Assembly: GCA_902805865.1 (NCBI GenBank)
Contig: CADCUK010000162.1
Span: forward strand, 8,508-72,507
Direction of reading: 5' to 3'
Length of the DNA stretch: 64,000 bases
From: an uncultured Nocardioidaceae bacterium
Lineage (GTDB): Bacteria > Actinomycetota > Actinomycetes > Propionibacteriales > Nocardioidaceae
Shown here: piece after piece, positions 19,604-28,700 of the stretch
Layout of the letters: every line of letters begins with the position of its first letter
Position numbering within the stretch: the first letter of the stretch is position 1
Made by a program: the position numbers and the translations under genes
The notes under the pieces: model-generated
Database searches by the model: none
What the model saw: only the letters and a program-made list of their open reading frames with translations
What the model was told of the DNA's origin: nothing

Positions 19604-20829
19604 GCGTTCGCGACCTTCCTCTCCCCTGTTTCCTTCGGTCCGGTGTCCCACATGACCACTCCGGTCAGCGCGACCATCGCCTGCGCGGTGGTGACCACTC
19701 CCTGCTTCGCGAGCGCCAGCGCGTCCGGTCGGTTGCCGGCCAGCCCGAGGAGCACCGCGACCTGGGTGCGCGTCGGCGTCACCTGCAGTCGCCGGGTCGC
19801 CTGGTAGAGCGACTCGACGGCGCCGCTGGTGGGCTCGTACGAGTCCCCGACGCCCAGCACGTCGAGAGCCGAGATGTCCCCCGGCCCCGGGCGGCAGCCG
19901 GCGCGCTCCCACGCAGCCAGGACCAGCGCGGCCCGGGTCAGCGAGCGGCCTGTGGTCTCCGCCAGCTCCTCCGCCATCCGGATCCCGATGCCGCCCTCGA
20001 CCAGCACGTCCACCGCCGACCGGGGTATGCCGACCGCCAGCCAGTCACCCCGCGCGTGCGGGTGGATGCGGTCTCCGTTGCCGTAGCTCCACGCCGCCCA
20101 GACCACGGTGTCGGGATCCACGTCGGTGTCCGGCGACTGGGCCACGGTCGACCGGAGCCAGTCCAGGTCCTCGCAGCGGAACGCTGCCCCGAGGTAGGCG
20201 GCCGTGGGCAGCGGACCACCCCGTGGCAGCACCCGCTCCTGCACCTCCATGACGAGCTCCGGCGGCACCCCGGCACCCCAGAGCACGTCGATCCCGCGCG
20301 GCTCGCGCACCGACCCGAGCGCCACCCATCCCGGCGGCGGGCACATCTGGAAGCCGCCGTGCGCCGCGGCAGCCGCGTCGAGCAGCCGCTGCAGGGCGCG
20401 CGGGTCGGCGCCGTAGCGGCGCGCGAGGTGGGCCGGGGTCCTGACGTGCTCGGCGGCTTCGTACGGCGTCGCGTAGGACTGCGTCTCGCAGCCGCACCCG
20501 GTCGTCGGGTGGTCCACCACCCAGCGACCGACGTGGTTCCGCGACAGCGGCGGCAGCACCCGGCGAGCCACCAGCTGGAGCAGGTCCCGCGCGGCAGGCA
20601 CCGTGTCGTCGACGAGCTCGAGGCAGGAGAGGTACCCACCCAGTGCCACCCCGATCCGCTCGGTGGCCAGGTCGTGCGGCGTCGTCACCGACCAGTCGGG
20701 GCCGATGACAACGTCGTGCTTGCGGCCCCCGGGGCCGCGGCGGGTCCGACAGCTCACCGACACCGTGAGCGACCCGCCGTCCGGCGCCGGGCCGAGCTCT
20801 CCGAGCGGCGACGACCAGCTCAGGACCAC
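19600..20829 (-). CDS. hypothetical protein with putative zinc-binding Cys/His motifs, first gene of the AAA-vWA operon
   Basis: Long ORF with GTG start at 20829 preceded by GGAGG at 7 nt; stop overlaps the AAA start; CGC...H...H cluster. Confidence 0.7.
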   Translation of the reverse strand: MVLSWSSPLGELGPAPDGGSLTVSVSCRTRRGPGGRKHDVVIGPDWSVTTPHDLATERIGVALGGYLSCLELVDDTVPAARDLLQLVARRVLPPLSRNHVGRWVVDHPTTGCGCETQSYATPYEAAEHVRTPAHLARRYGADPRALQRLLDAAAAAHGGFQMCPPPGWVALGSVREPRGIDVLWGAGVPPELVMEVQERVLPRGGPLPTAAYLGAAFRCEDLDWLRSTVAQSPDTDVDPDTVVWAAWSYGNGDRIHPHARGDWLAVGIPRSAVDVLVEGGIGIRMAEELAETTGRSLTRAALVLAAWERAGCRPGPGDISALDVLGVGDSYEPTSGAVESLYQATRRLQVTPTRTQVAVLLGLAGNRPDALALAKQGVVTTAQAMVALTGVVMWDTGPKETGERKVANA

Positions 20830-20848
20830 GCCCCCACCTCCGTCCCGT

Positions 20849-20864
20849 TCGCACCTGTGTTCGA
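20849..20864. promoter_or_regulatory. LexA SOS box
   Basis: TCGCAC-CTGT-GTTCGA, one mismatch to the actinobacterial consensus TCGAAC-N4-GTTCGA; sits between promoter and RBS. Confidence 0.7.
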
Positions 20865-20866
20865 CA

Positions 20867-20888
20867 GGCATATCAACGGGCACCGACA
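20867..20888 (-). promoter_or_regulatory. PafBC / RecA-NDp type promoter
   Basis: Minus strand TGTCGG-TGCCCGTTGA-TATGCC versus consensus TGTCGG-N10-TA-N3-T (last T mismatched). Confidence 0.6.
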
Positions 20889-21014
20889 GGCAGCAACACC
20901 TCCTGGCGTGTTCCGCGGCGTGTCAGGACAGGTCGCGGCGCGTTCCTGCTGACACGCCGACAGTGGCCCAGATCCCTTGCAGGACTGAGGATTGGCTCGA
21001 GGCCGGGACGCTGG

Positions 21015-22205
21015 TCAGGTCGAGAGGAGAACCGACGAGCCGTGGCCGAACAGCCCCTGGTTGGCCGTGACACCCACCGAGGCGTCCTCGACCTGACGTC
21101 CCTCGGCCTGACCACGGAGCTGCCAGGTGAGCTCGCAGACCTGGGCCAGTGCCTGGGCCGGCACGGCCTCCCCGAAGCTGGCCAGCCCGCCCGAGGGGTT
21201 CACCGGCACCCGGCCGCCGAGGGCCGTCTCGCCGCTGCGGATCAGCCGCTCCGCCTCGCCCCGCTTGCACAGCCCGATGTCCTCGTACCAGTCGAGCTCG
21301 AGGGCGGTCGAGAGGTCGTACACCTCGGCGACGTCCACGTCCTCCGGGCCGATCCCCGCCTCCTCGTAGGCCGCGTGCGCGATCGACTCCTTGAAGGTCC
21401 GCTCACCTGCCGGGACCGTTCCGGAGGAGTCCGTCGCGAAGTTCGGCATCTCGATGACGGTCTGGGGGAACGTCGGCGTCACCGTGGACACCGCACGCAC
21501 CCGCACCGGCGAGGCGATGCCCCGGGACCGGGCGTAGTCCATGCTCGTCAGCACCAGTGCGGCACCGCCGTCGGAGGTCGCGCAGATGTCGAGCAGGTGC
21601 AGCGGGTCGGCGACGACGGCCGAGCCCAGCACCTCCTCCACGGTGACGGCCTTGCGGTAGCGGGCATTCGGGTTCGCCAGCCCCGCCTGGGCGTTCTTGA
21701 CCTTGACCTTGGCGAAGTCCTCCGGCGTGGCGCCGTACAGGTCCATCCGCCGGCGCGCGTAGAGCGCGAAGTACGCGGGGTTCGTCATGCCGAGCAGCCG
21801 GAACCGGAGCCAGTCGGGGTCGTCGTACCGCTCGCCGGCGTTGGGGGCGAGGAACCCCTTGGGCGTCGTGTCGGCGCCGACGACGAGCGCGACGTCGCAG
21901 AGCCCGGCGAGGATCCGGGCACGCGCGGTGTCGATGGCCTGGGCCCCGGTGGCGCAGGCGGCGTACGACGTCGCCACCCGGGCGCCGTTCCAGCCGAGTG
22001 CCTGGGCGAACGTCGCTCCGGCGACGTAGCCCGCGTAGCCGTTGCGCACGGTCTCGCCACCGACGACCAGGTCGACGTCGGCCCAGTCGACCCCGGCATC
22101 GGCCAGCGCCTGCCGAGCGGCGGCGACGCCGTACGTGGCGAAGGGTCGGCCCCACTTGCCCCACGGGTGCATGCCGGCCCCGAGGACCGCGACGTCGTGG
22201 CTCAC
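21015..22205 (-). CDS. lipid-transfer protein / SCP-x type thiolase-fold enzyme
   Basis: ACATG, ICATSDGGAA, AEVYDLS, VNPSGGLASFGEA; GTGA overlap with the DUF35 gene. Confidence 0.88.
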   Translation of the reverse strand: MSHDVAVLGAGMHPWGKWGRPFATYGVAAARQALADAGVDWADVDLVVGGETVRNGYAGYVAGATFAQALGWNGARVATSYAACATGAQAIDTARARILAGLCDVALVVGADTTPKGFLAPNAGERYDDPDWLRFRLLGMTNPAYFALYARRRMDLYGATPEDFAKVKVKNAQAGLANPNARYRKAVTVEEVLGSAVVADPLHLLDICATSDGGAALVLTSMDYARSRGIASPVRVRAVSTVTPTFPQTVIEMPNFATDSSGTVPAGERTFKESIAHAAYEEAGIGPEDVDVAEVYDLSTALELDWYEDIGLCKRGEAERLIRSGETALGGRVPVNPSGGLASFGEAVPAQALAQVCELTWQLRGQAEGRQVEDASVGVTANQGLFGHGSSVLLST

Positions 22206-22648
22206 TGGTCCGCCTCCGCGCCGAGCTCTACGACCGGCTTCCACCGCCAGATCGTGCGGTCCCCCGTCTCGTCGGTGTACAGCGGCTCGACCACCAGCTC
22301 GACCTCCGCACCCACGCGCAGGTCGGCCACGCCATAGCCGTCGGCGACCTGGCCGAGCACGACGAGCCCCTCAGCCAGCTCGACGGCAGCGATCGCGAAC
22401 GGCTCGTGGTTCTCCGAGCGCGGGATGTACGGCGGCGGCGGCTGGTACTGCGCGTCGGTGTAGGACCACACCGTCCCCCGGCGGGACAGCTCGACGGTCT
22501 CGAACTCCTCGCCCGAGCAGGCAGGGTTCCGGCAGAACCCGTCGAGGCGCGGGAAGAAGACCGTGGCGCACAGCCCGCACCGCGAGCCGAGGAGCGCCGG
22601 CAGGTCGCCTGAGGTGAACCAACCGTCGATGGCCGGCGTCGTGGTCAC
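22202..22648 (-). CDS. zinc-ribbon OB-fold protein (DUF35)
   Basis: CGLC...CRNPAC, LSRRGTVWSYT, AVEL; AGGAGG RBS. Confidence 0.88.
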   Translation of the reverse strand: MTTTPAIDGWFTSGDLPALLGSRCGLCATVFFPRLDGFCRNPACSGEEFETVELSRRGTVWSYTDAQYQPPPPYIPRSENHEPFAIAAVELAEGLVVLGQVADGYGVADLRVGAEVELVVEPLYTDETGDRTIWRWKPVVELGAEADQ

Positions 22649-22681
22649 GGCTGTCCTCCTGGGGATCGGATGCACCGGAAC

Positions 22682-22695
22682 TGAAACCTGTTCTC
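22682..22695. promoter_or_regulatory. KstR-like operator
   Basis: TGAAACCTGTTCTC versus TnnAACnnGTTnnA (7 of 8 fixed positions), upstream of the DUF35-thiolase pair. Confidence 0.45.
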
Positions 22696-22734
22696 ACTAT
22701 CGCACCGAGTGCTCCGAGGTCACCAGTCGCCAAC

Positions 22735-22780
22735 ACTTGACTTTTCAAGTAATCTCCTGCACGATGGTTGACAGTTCAAC
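22735..22780. promoter_or_regulatory. two TTGA-N4-TCAA dyads upstream of yceI (possibly MarR-type operators)
   Basis: ACTTGA-CTTT-TCAAGT (22735-22750) and GTTGA-CAGT-TCAAC (22767-22780). Confidence 0.55.
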
Positions 22781-22805
22781 AAACACCTACTTCCTGGAGG
22801 ACCGG

Positions 22806-23366
22806 ATGACCACCACGCAGCTCCCCGCCCAGCTGACCAGCGGCACCTACACCGTCGACCCGTCGCACTCGCGCGTCGGCTTCGTGGCCCGGCACGCGAT
22901 GGTCACCAAGGTCCGCGGCTCGTTCAACGAGTTCGAGGCCACCGCCCAGATCGACGCCGACGACCTCACCCGCTCGACCGCCTCGGTCACGATCAACGTC
23001 GACAGCATCGACACCCGCAACGAGCAGCGCGACGGCCACCTGCGCAGCAACGACTTCCTCGACGTCGAGAACCACCCGGAGATCACCTTCACGTCCACCG
23101 ACGTGCAGTGGCTCGGCGAGGACGTCGTGCGGGTGACCGGCGACCTGACCATCAAGGGCCAGAGCCGCCCGGTCACCGTCGACTTCACCTACGAGGGCGC
23201 AGCCACCGACCCGTTCGGCAACGAGCGCGTCGGCTTCGAGGGCTCGGTCGTCATCAACCGCAAGGACTGGGGCATCACCTGGAACGCCGCCCTCGAGGCC
23301 GGTGGCGTCCTGGTCAGCGACAAGATCACGCTCGAGTTCGAGATCTCCGCGATCAAGGCCGCCTGA
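22806..23366 (+). CDS. YceI family polyisoprenoid-binding protein
   Basis: DPSHSRVGFVARHAMVTKVRGSF, RDGHLRSNDF, GDLTIKG, NRKDWG; GGAGG RBS. Confidence 0.95.
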   Translation: MTTTQLPAQLTSGTYTVDPSHSRVGFVARHAMVTKVRGSFNEFEATAQIDADDLTRSTASVTINVDSIDTRNEQRDGHLRSNDFLDVENHPEITFTSTDVQWLGEDVVRVTGDLTIKGQSRPVTVDFTYEGAATDPFGNERVGFEGSVVINRKDWGITWNAALEAGGVLVSDKITLEFEISAIKAA

Positions 23367-23472
23367 CCGCCTGCCTGACCGACTGCAGCAGCCGGCAACC
23401 CGGACCGGGGTCCGCACTCTAGGGTGCGGGCCCCGGTTGCATGTCCAGTTCCTCCATATCCGAGGATGGTTG

Positions 23473-23525
23473 GGTCCTTTTGTCACCGGGGACGGGACCA
23501 TTGCCCTCTCAAGACCATTGGTCCC
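23473..23525. promoter_or_regulatory. three tandem DosR-type boxes
   Basis: GGTCC-TTTT-GTCAC (23473), GGGAC-CATT-GCCCT (23494), AGACC-ATTG-GTCCC (23512), upstream of the PNPOx-kinase operon. Confidence 0.55.
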
Positions 23526-23577
23526 CTGGCCGACACTGAAAGGGCCGGACCTCTCTCCACCCCCGAGGAGCACACCC

Positions 23578-24027
23578 ATGCCCGACTCCCATGAGCTCGA
23601 CCCTCAGGAGTGTGAGCGTCTCCTCCGGGCCGGCGTCGTGGGACGGGTGGCACTGTCCACCCCGGAGGGCCCGCACATCATCCCGGTGAACTATGCCGTC
23701 GTGGACGACACGATCGTGATCCGTACGTCGTCGTACAGCGTGCTCGGCACGCACGGCCGCGACGCGATGCTCGCCTTCGAGGTCGACCACATCGACCACG
23801 ACCGTCAGGTCGGCTGGAGCGTCGTCGCCCGCGGGCGCGGCTGGGCCGAGGTCGACCCCGGCGAGCTCGCTCGGATCCGCGAGGGCTGTCAGTCCCGGCC
23901 TTGGGCTGCGGGCAACCGCAACCTGCACCTCCGCATCCGGTGGGAGTCGCTCACCGGGCGCACCCTCGGTCAGGACTGGACGCGGGACAACGAGTCTCCC
24001 GTTCGTCGCACGCTGTCCGGCATCTGA
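23578..24027 (+). CDS. pyridoxamine 5'-phosphate oxidase family protein
   Basis: ECERLL...VGRVA...IIPVNY...AFEVD...GWSVVARG; this family occurs in DosR regulons. Confidence 0.88.
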   Translation: MPDSHELDPQECERLLRAGVVGRVALSTPEGPHIIPVNYAVVDDTIVIRTSSYSVLGTHGRDAMLAFEVDHIDHDRQVGWSVVARGRGWAEVDPGELARIREGCQSRPWAAGNRNLHLRIRWESLTGRTLGQDWTRDNESPVRRTLSGI

Positions 24028-24043
24028 CTGACAGGATGAGCCC

Positions 24044-25696
24044 GTGAACGCGTCGGACGGCTCAGGGAGCCCCGGAGGCGAGCTGGTCCAGCTCGAGGAC
24101 TCCGCGCGCGCTCTCCTCGAGGCCTTTGCGACGATCTCGTCCGACCTCGACACCGACAGCGTCCTTCGTCGGATCGTGGTCTCGGCGTGCGAGCTCACCG
24201 ACGCGCGGTACGGCGCCCTCGGCGTCATCGGCCCGGACGGCCAGCTGGGCGCGTTCATCACCGAGGGCATGGACGACGCCACCCGCGAGAGGATCGGCGC
24301 CTACCCCGTCGGGAAGGGGCTCCTCAACGTCACCGCGGCCAAGACCGAGACGTTCCGCCTGGACAACCTCTCCGAGCACCCGCTCTCGGCCGGCTTCCCC
24401 GAGCACCACCCGCCGATGACCTCGCTCCTGAGGGTGCCGGTCCGGGTCCGCGGCACGGTGTTCGGCCAGCTCTACCTGACCGAGAAGCGGAACGGCCAGC
24501 CCTTCGACCAGCGCGACGAGCTGTTGGTCCAGTCGCTCGCCACGGTCGCAGGGTTCGTGATCGAGAACGCGCGCGCCTACGGGCTGAGCGAGCGTCGCAG
24601 GCGCTGGCTCGAGATGTTCAGCGACCTCAACGACCTGCTCATGCCCCCGATCACGCTGGGCGATGCGCTCGACCGGATCGCCGAGGCGGTCTGCGACGCG
24701 TCCGGAGCCCAGTCGGCGTCGGTCGTCCAGGTGCCCGAGAAGGGCGAGCCGTTCGCCGCTGCCATCTGCGGCACGCCGTTCACGCTGACCCCGGAGGAGC
24801 GCGTGCTCTTCAACAAGGCGGTCCGCACGGTGGTCGAGACCGGCGAGGTCATGGACCTCCCGGTGCGCGACCTTGGCAACGCCGTGCTCGCCCCGCTCCG
24901 CGCGCACCTGACGATGCCGGGCGTGCTCATCCTCACCCGCTCGGGGAGGCAGCACGCCGGCGGCGAGGTCGAGCAGCTCGAGCTCCTCGCCTCGTTCGCC
25001 GACCAGGCCGCGCTGGCCCTGGACCGGACCCAGGCCCTCGAGGACCGCGAGCAGATGGCCGTCGTCTCCGACCGCGACCGGATTGCCCGGGACCTGCACG
25101 ACGTCGTGATCCAGCGCCTCTTCGCGACCGGGCTGCACATGCAGTCGATCCGCTCCGCGGCACCGACCGACGAGCTGCGCGAGCGGATCGACCAGAGCGT
25201 GCGCGACCTCGACCAGACCATCCGCGACATCCGCGGCACGATCTTCGAGCTGCAGACGCGGCCGCGCAGCTCGGTGCGCACCGAGGTCCGCGACCTGGTG
25301 CGCGAGCACATCCCGATCCTGGGCTTCCCGCCCTCGGTGCACACCGAGGGCCCGGTGGACAGCACCCTCGAGCCCGAGGTCCAGGCGCAGATGGTCACGG
25401 TGCTCCGCGAGGCGCTGTCCAACATCGCCCAGCACTCCGGCGCCCGCTCGGCCTCGATCCACCTCCAGGTCACCTCGACGCACCTGCGCCTCAAGGTCAC
25501 CGACGACGGCTGCGGCATCCCCGACGAGCGGCACGAGCGGGGGCTCCGCAACGTACGACGACGGGCGATGCTGCTCGGCGGCAGCCTCGACCTGTGGCCC
25601 AACGACCCGTCCGGCACGATCTTCGTCTGGAGCGTCCCGCACAGCGCCGACAACAGCGCAGCCGAGGACGCTCAACCGCTGAGTCGCGCCAGATAG
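24044..25696 (+). CDS. GAF-GAF-HisKA_3 sensor histidine kinase, DosS/DosT-like
   Basis: ARYGALGV, HPLSAGFPEHHPPM, LYLTEKRNG, DRDRIARDLHDVVIQRLFA, EALSNIAQHS, DDGCG. Confidence 0.9.
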   Translation: MNASDGSGSPGGELVQLEDSARALLEAFATISSDLDTDSVLRRIVVSACELTDARYGALGVIGPDGQLGAFITEGMDDATRERIGAYPVGKGLLNVTAAKTETFRLDNLSEHPLSAGFPEHHPPMTSLLRVPVRVRGTVFGQLYLTEKRNGQPFDQRDELLVQSLATVAGFVIENARAYGLSERRRRWLEMFSDLNDLLMPPITLGDALDRIAEAVCDASGAQSASVVQVPEKGEPFAAAICGTPFTLTPEERVLFNKAVRTVVETGEVMDLPVRDLGNAVLAPLRAHLTMPGVLILTRSGRQHAGGEVEQLELLASFADQAALALDRTQALEDREQMAVVSDRDRIARDLHDVVIQRLFATGLHMQSIRSAAPTDELRERIDQSVRDLDQTIRDIRGTIFELQTRPRSSVRTEVRDLVREHIPILGFPPSVHTEGPVDSTLEPEVQAQMVTVLREALSNIAQHSGARSASIHLQVTSTHLRLKVTDDGCGIPDERHERGLRNVRRRAMLLGGSLDLWPNDPSGTIFVWSVPHSADNSAAEDAQPLSRAR

Positions 25697-25712
25697 TAGG
25701 ACGTCCTACTAT
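25693..25712. promoter_or_regulatory. perfect 20-bp palindromic operator overlapping the icmF -10
   Basis: ATAGTAGGACGTCCTACTAT; TACTAT (25707-25712) lies 6 nt before the GTG start (leaderless). Confidence 0.7.
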
Positions 25713-25718
25713 TTCTGG

Positions 25719-28700
25719 GTGAGCACACTCCACGCCCCCCAGCACCCGGTCCGGCTCGTCACCGCGTCGAGCCTCTTCGACGGCCACGACGCCTCGATCA
25801 ACATCATGCGGCGGATCCTGCAGTCGCAGGGTGCCGAGGTGATCCACCTCGGCCACAACCGGTCGGTGCAGGAGGTCGTCGACGCAGCCATCGAGGAGGA
25901 CGTCCAGGGAGTCGCGGTCTCGTCGTACCAGGGCGGGCACGTGGAGTACTTCGAGTACCTCGTGCAGTCACTCGCCGAGCGGGGCGCCGGCCACGTCAAG
26001 GTGTACGGCGGAGGCGGCGGGGTGATCGTGCCCGAGGAGATCGAGCGGCTGCGGGCGTCCGGGGTGAGGATCTTCTCCCCCGAGGACGGGCAGCGGCTCG
26101 GGCTGGTCGGCATGATCAACCAGATCGTCGAGGCCTGCGACGTCGACCTGTGGGCCTCCGCACCGACGACCGCGGAGGCCGTGATCTCCGGCGACCGGGC
26201 AGCGGTCGCTCGCGCCGTCACCGGCGCCGAGGCCGGGGTGCTGCCGGCCGAGCTGATGGAGAGGCTGCGGACCGTGGCCGGGTCGCGACCGTCCGGCGAG
26301 GTCCCCGTGCTCGGGATCACCGGCACGGGCGGGTCGGGCAAGTCCTCGCTGACCGACGAGCTCGTGCGGCGGTTGCGGATCGACCAGGAGGACAAGCTCC
26401 GGGTGGCGGTGGTCGCGGTGGACCCGACCCGGCGCAAGGGCGGCGGCGCGCTTCTCGGCGACCGGATCCGCATGAACTCGCTCGACGGCGACCGCGTCTC
26501 GTTCCGCTCGCTCGCCACGCGGGGCAGCCACGAGCTGCCTTCTTGTCTTGCTGACGTGATCACGATCCTCAAGGCCGCCGGCCACGACCTGGTGATCGTC
26601 GAGACCCCGGGCATCGGTCAGGGCGACGCGGCGATCGTGCCGTTCGTGGACGTCGCGATGTACGTGATGACGCCCGAGTTCGGTGCCGCGTCCCAGCTCG
26701 AGAAGATCGACATGCTCGACTTCGCGGACGTGGTCGCCATCAACAAGTTCGAGCGGCGCGGGGCGCTGGACGCGATGCGTGACGTGGGTCGCCAGCTGGT
26801 CCGCAACCGCTCGGCGTTCGGCAAGCGCCCGGAGGAGATGCCGGTCTTCGGCACCTCGGCAGCCACGTTCAACGACGACGGGGTCACCGCGCTCTACCAG
26901 CACCTGCGGGAGCTGCTCACCGAGAAGGGCCTTCCGACCTCGTCAGGACGCCTTCCCCACGTCGACGTACGCCACTCCACCACGATCGCGCAGATCGTGC
27001 CGCCCAACCGCACGCGCTACCTGTCCGAGATCACCGACACCGTGCGCGGCTACCACCGCGAGACCCAGCGGCTGATGGCCGCCGCCGCCCGCCTGCAGCG
27101 CCTCGAGCTCGTCGCGGACGAGCTCCCGGCAGACCAGCGCTCGCTGCTCGACCAACGGATCGAGGAGGCGCGCAAGGACGTCAGCGAGGAGGTGCGTCGG
27201 CAGATCCAGGGCTGGCCGGCGGTGGTGGCGTCGTACTCCGGCGACGAGCAGGTCGTCGTGGTGCGCGATCGCGAGATCCACACCAAGCTGACCAAGGAGT
27301 CGCTGTCCGGCAACCCGATCCGGCGGGTGGCACTTCCCCGGTTCACCGACCACGGCGAGCTGGTGCGGTTCTGGCGCAACGAGAACCTGCCCGGCTACTT
27401 CCCCTACACAGCAGGGGTCTTCCCGTTCAAGCGGGACAACGAGGACCCCGCGCGGATGTTCGCCGGTGAGGGCGACCCGTTCCGCACCAACCGCCGCTTC
27501 AAGATGCTGTCTGAGGGGCAGCCGGCGACCCGGCTCTCGACCGCCTTCGACTCCGTGACGCTCTACGGCCGCGACCCCGACCTGCGTCCCGACATCTACG
27601 GCAAGGTCGGCACCTCCGGAGTCTCGATCGCCACCCTGGAGGACATGAAGGCGCTGTACGACGGCTTCGACCTGATCTCCCCGACGACCTCGGTCTCGAT
27701 GACGATCAACGGCCCGGCGCCGACGATCCTCGCCTTCTTCCTCAACACCGCGATCGACCAGCAGGTCGAGGCGTTCGAGCAGCGCGAGGGCAGGGCGCCG
27801 ACCTCGGAGGAGCGGGAGCAGGTGGCCGCCCACGCCCTGGCCAACGTCCGCGGGACGGTGCAGGCGGACATCCTCAAGGAGGACCAGGGGCAGAACACCT
27901 GCCTGTTCTCCACGGAGTTCTCCCTGAAGATGATGGCCGACATCCAGGAGTGGTTCATCGACCACCAGGTCCGGAACTTCTACTCGGTCTCGATCTCCGG
28001 CTACCACATCGCCGAGGCCGGGGCGAACCCGATCAGCCAGCTCGCGTTCACGCTGACCAACGGGTTCACCTACATCGAGGCCTACCTCGCACGGGGCATG
28101 GACATCGACGACTTCGCCCCGAACCTGTCGTTCTTCTTCTCCAACGGCATGGACCCCGAGTACTCCGTCCTGGGCCGCGTCGCCCGCCGCATCTGGGCGG
28201 TGGCGATGAAGGAGAAGTACGGCGCCAACGAGCGCTCGCAGAAGCTGAAGTACCACGTGCAGACGTCAGGACGGTCCCTGCACGCACAGGAGATGGACTT
28301 CAACGACATCCGGACGACGTTGCAGGCGCTGATCGCGATCTACGACAACGCCAACAGCCTGCACACCAACGCCTTCGACGAGGCCGTCACCACCCCCGGC
28401 GAGGAGTCGGTGCGCCGCGCGCTGGCGATCCAGCTGATCATCAACCGCGAGTGGGGACTGGCGATGAACGAGAACCCCTTGCAGGGCTCGTTCATCATCG
28501 ACGAGCTCACCGACCTCGTCGAGGAGGCCGTGCTGCGGGAGTTCGACTCGATCAACGAGCGCGGCGGCGTGCTCGGGGCGATGGAGACCGGCTACCAGCG
28601 CGGCAGGATCCAGGACGAGTCGCTGCTCTACGAGCACCGCAAGCACGACGGCACGCTGCCGATCATCGGCGTGAACACGTTCCTTCCCCGCGAGGGGCGG

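Noticed and set aside
16520-19807. 1095-aa plus-strand ORF
   Set aside because: Antisense shadow of the TetR, vWA and AAA genes; no motifs. Long stop-free frames are expected at this GC content.
17207-20829. Prophage or integrative element carrying the AAA-vWA operon
   Set aside because: No integrase, att-like direct repeats, phage structural genes or obvious GC shift seen.
20920-20965. Second PafBC motif upstream of the operon
   Set aside because: TGTCGG is present on the minus strand but is not followed by TA at N10; the region is better read as a GTGTCAG...CTGACAC hairpin downstream of the thiolase gene.
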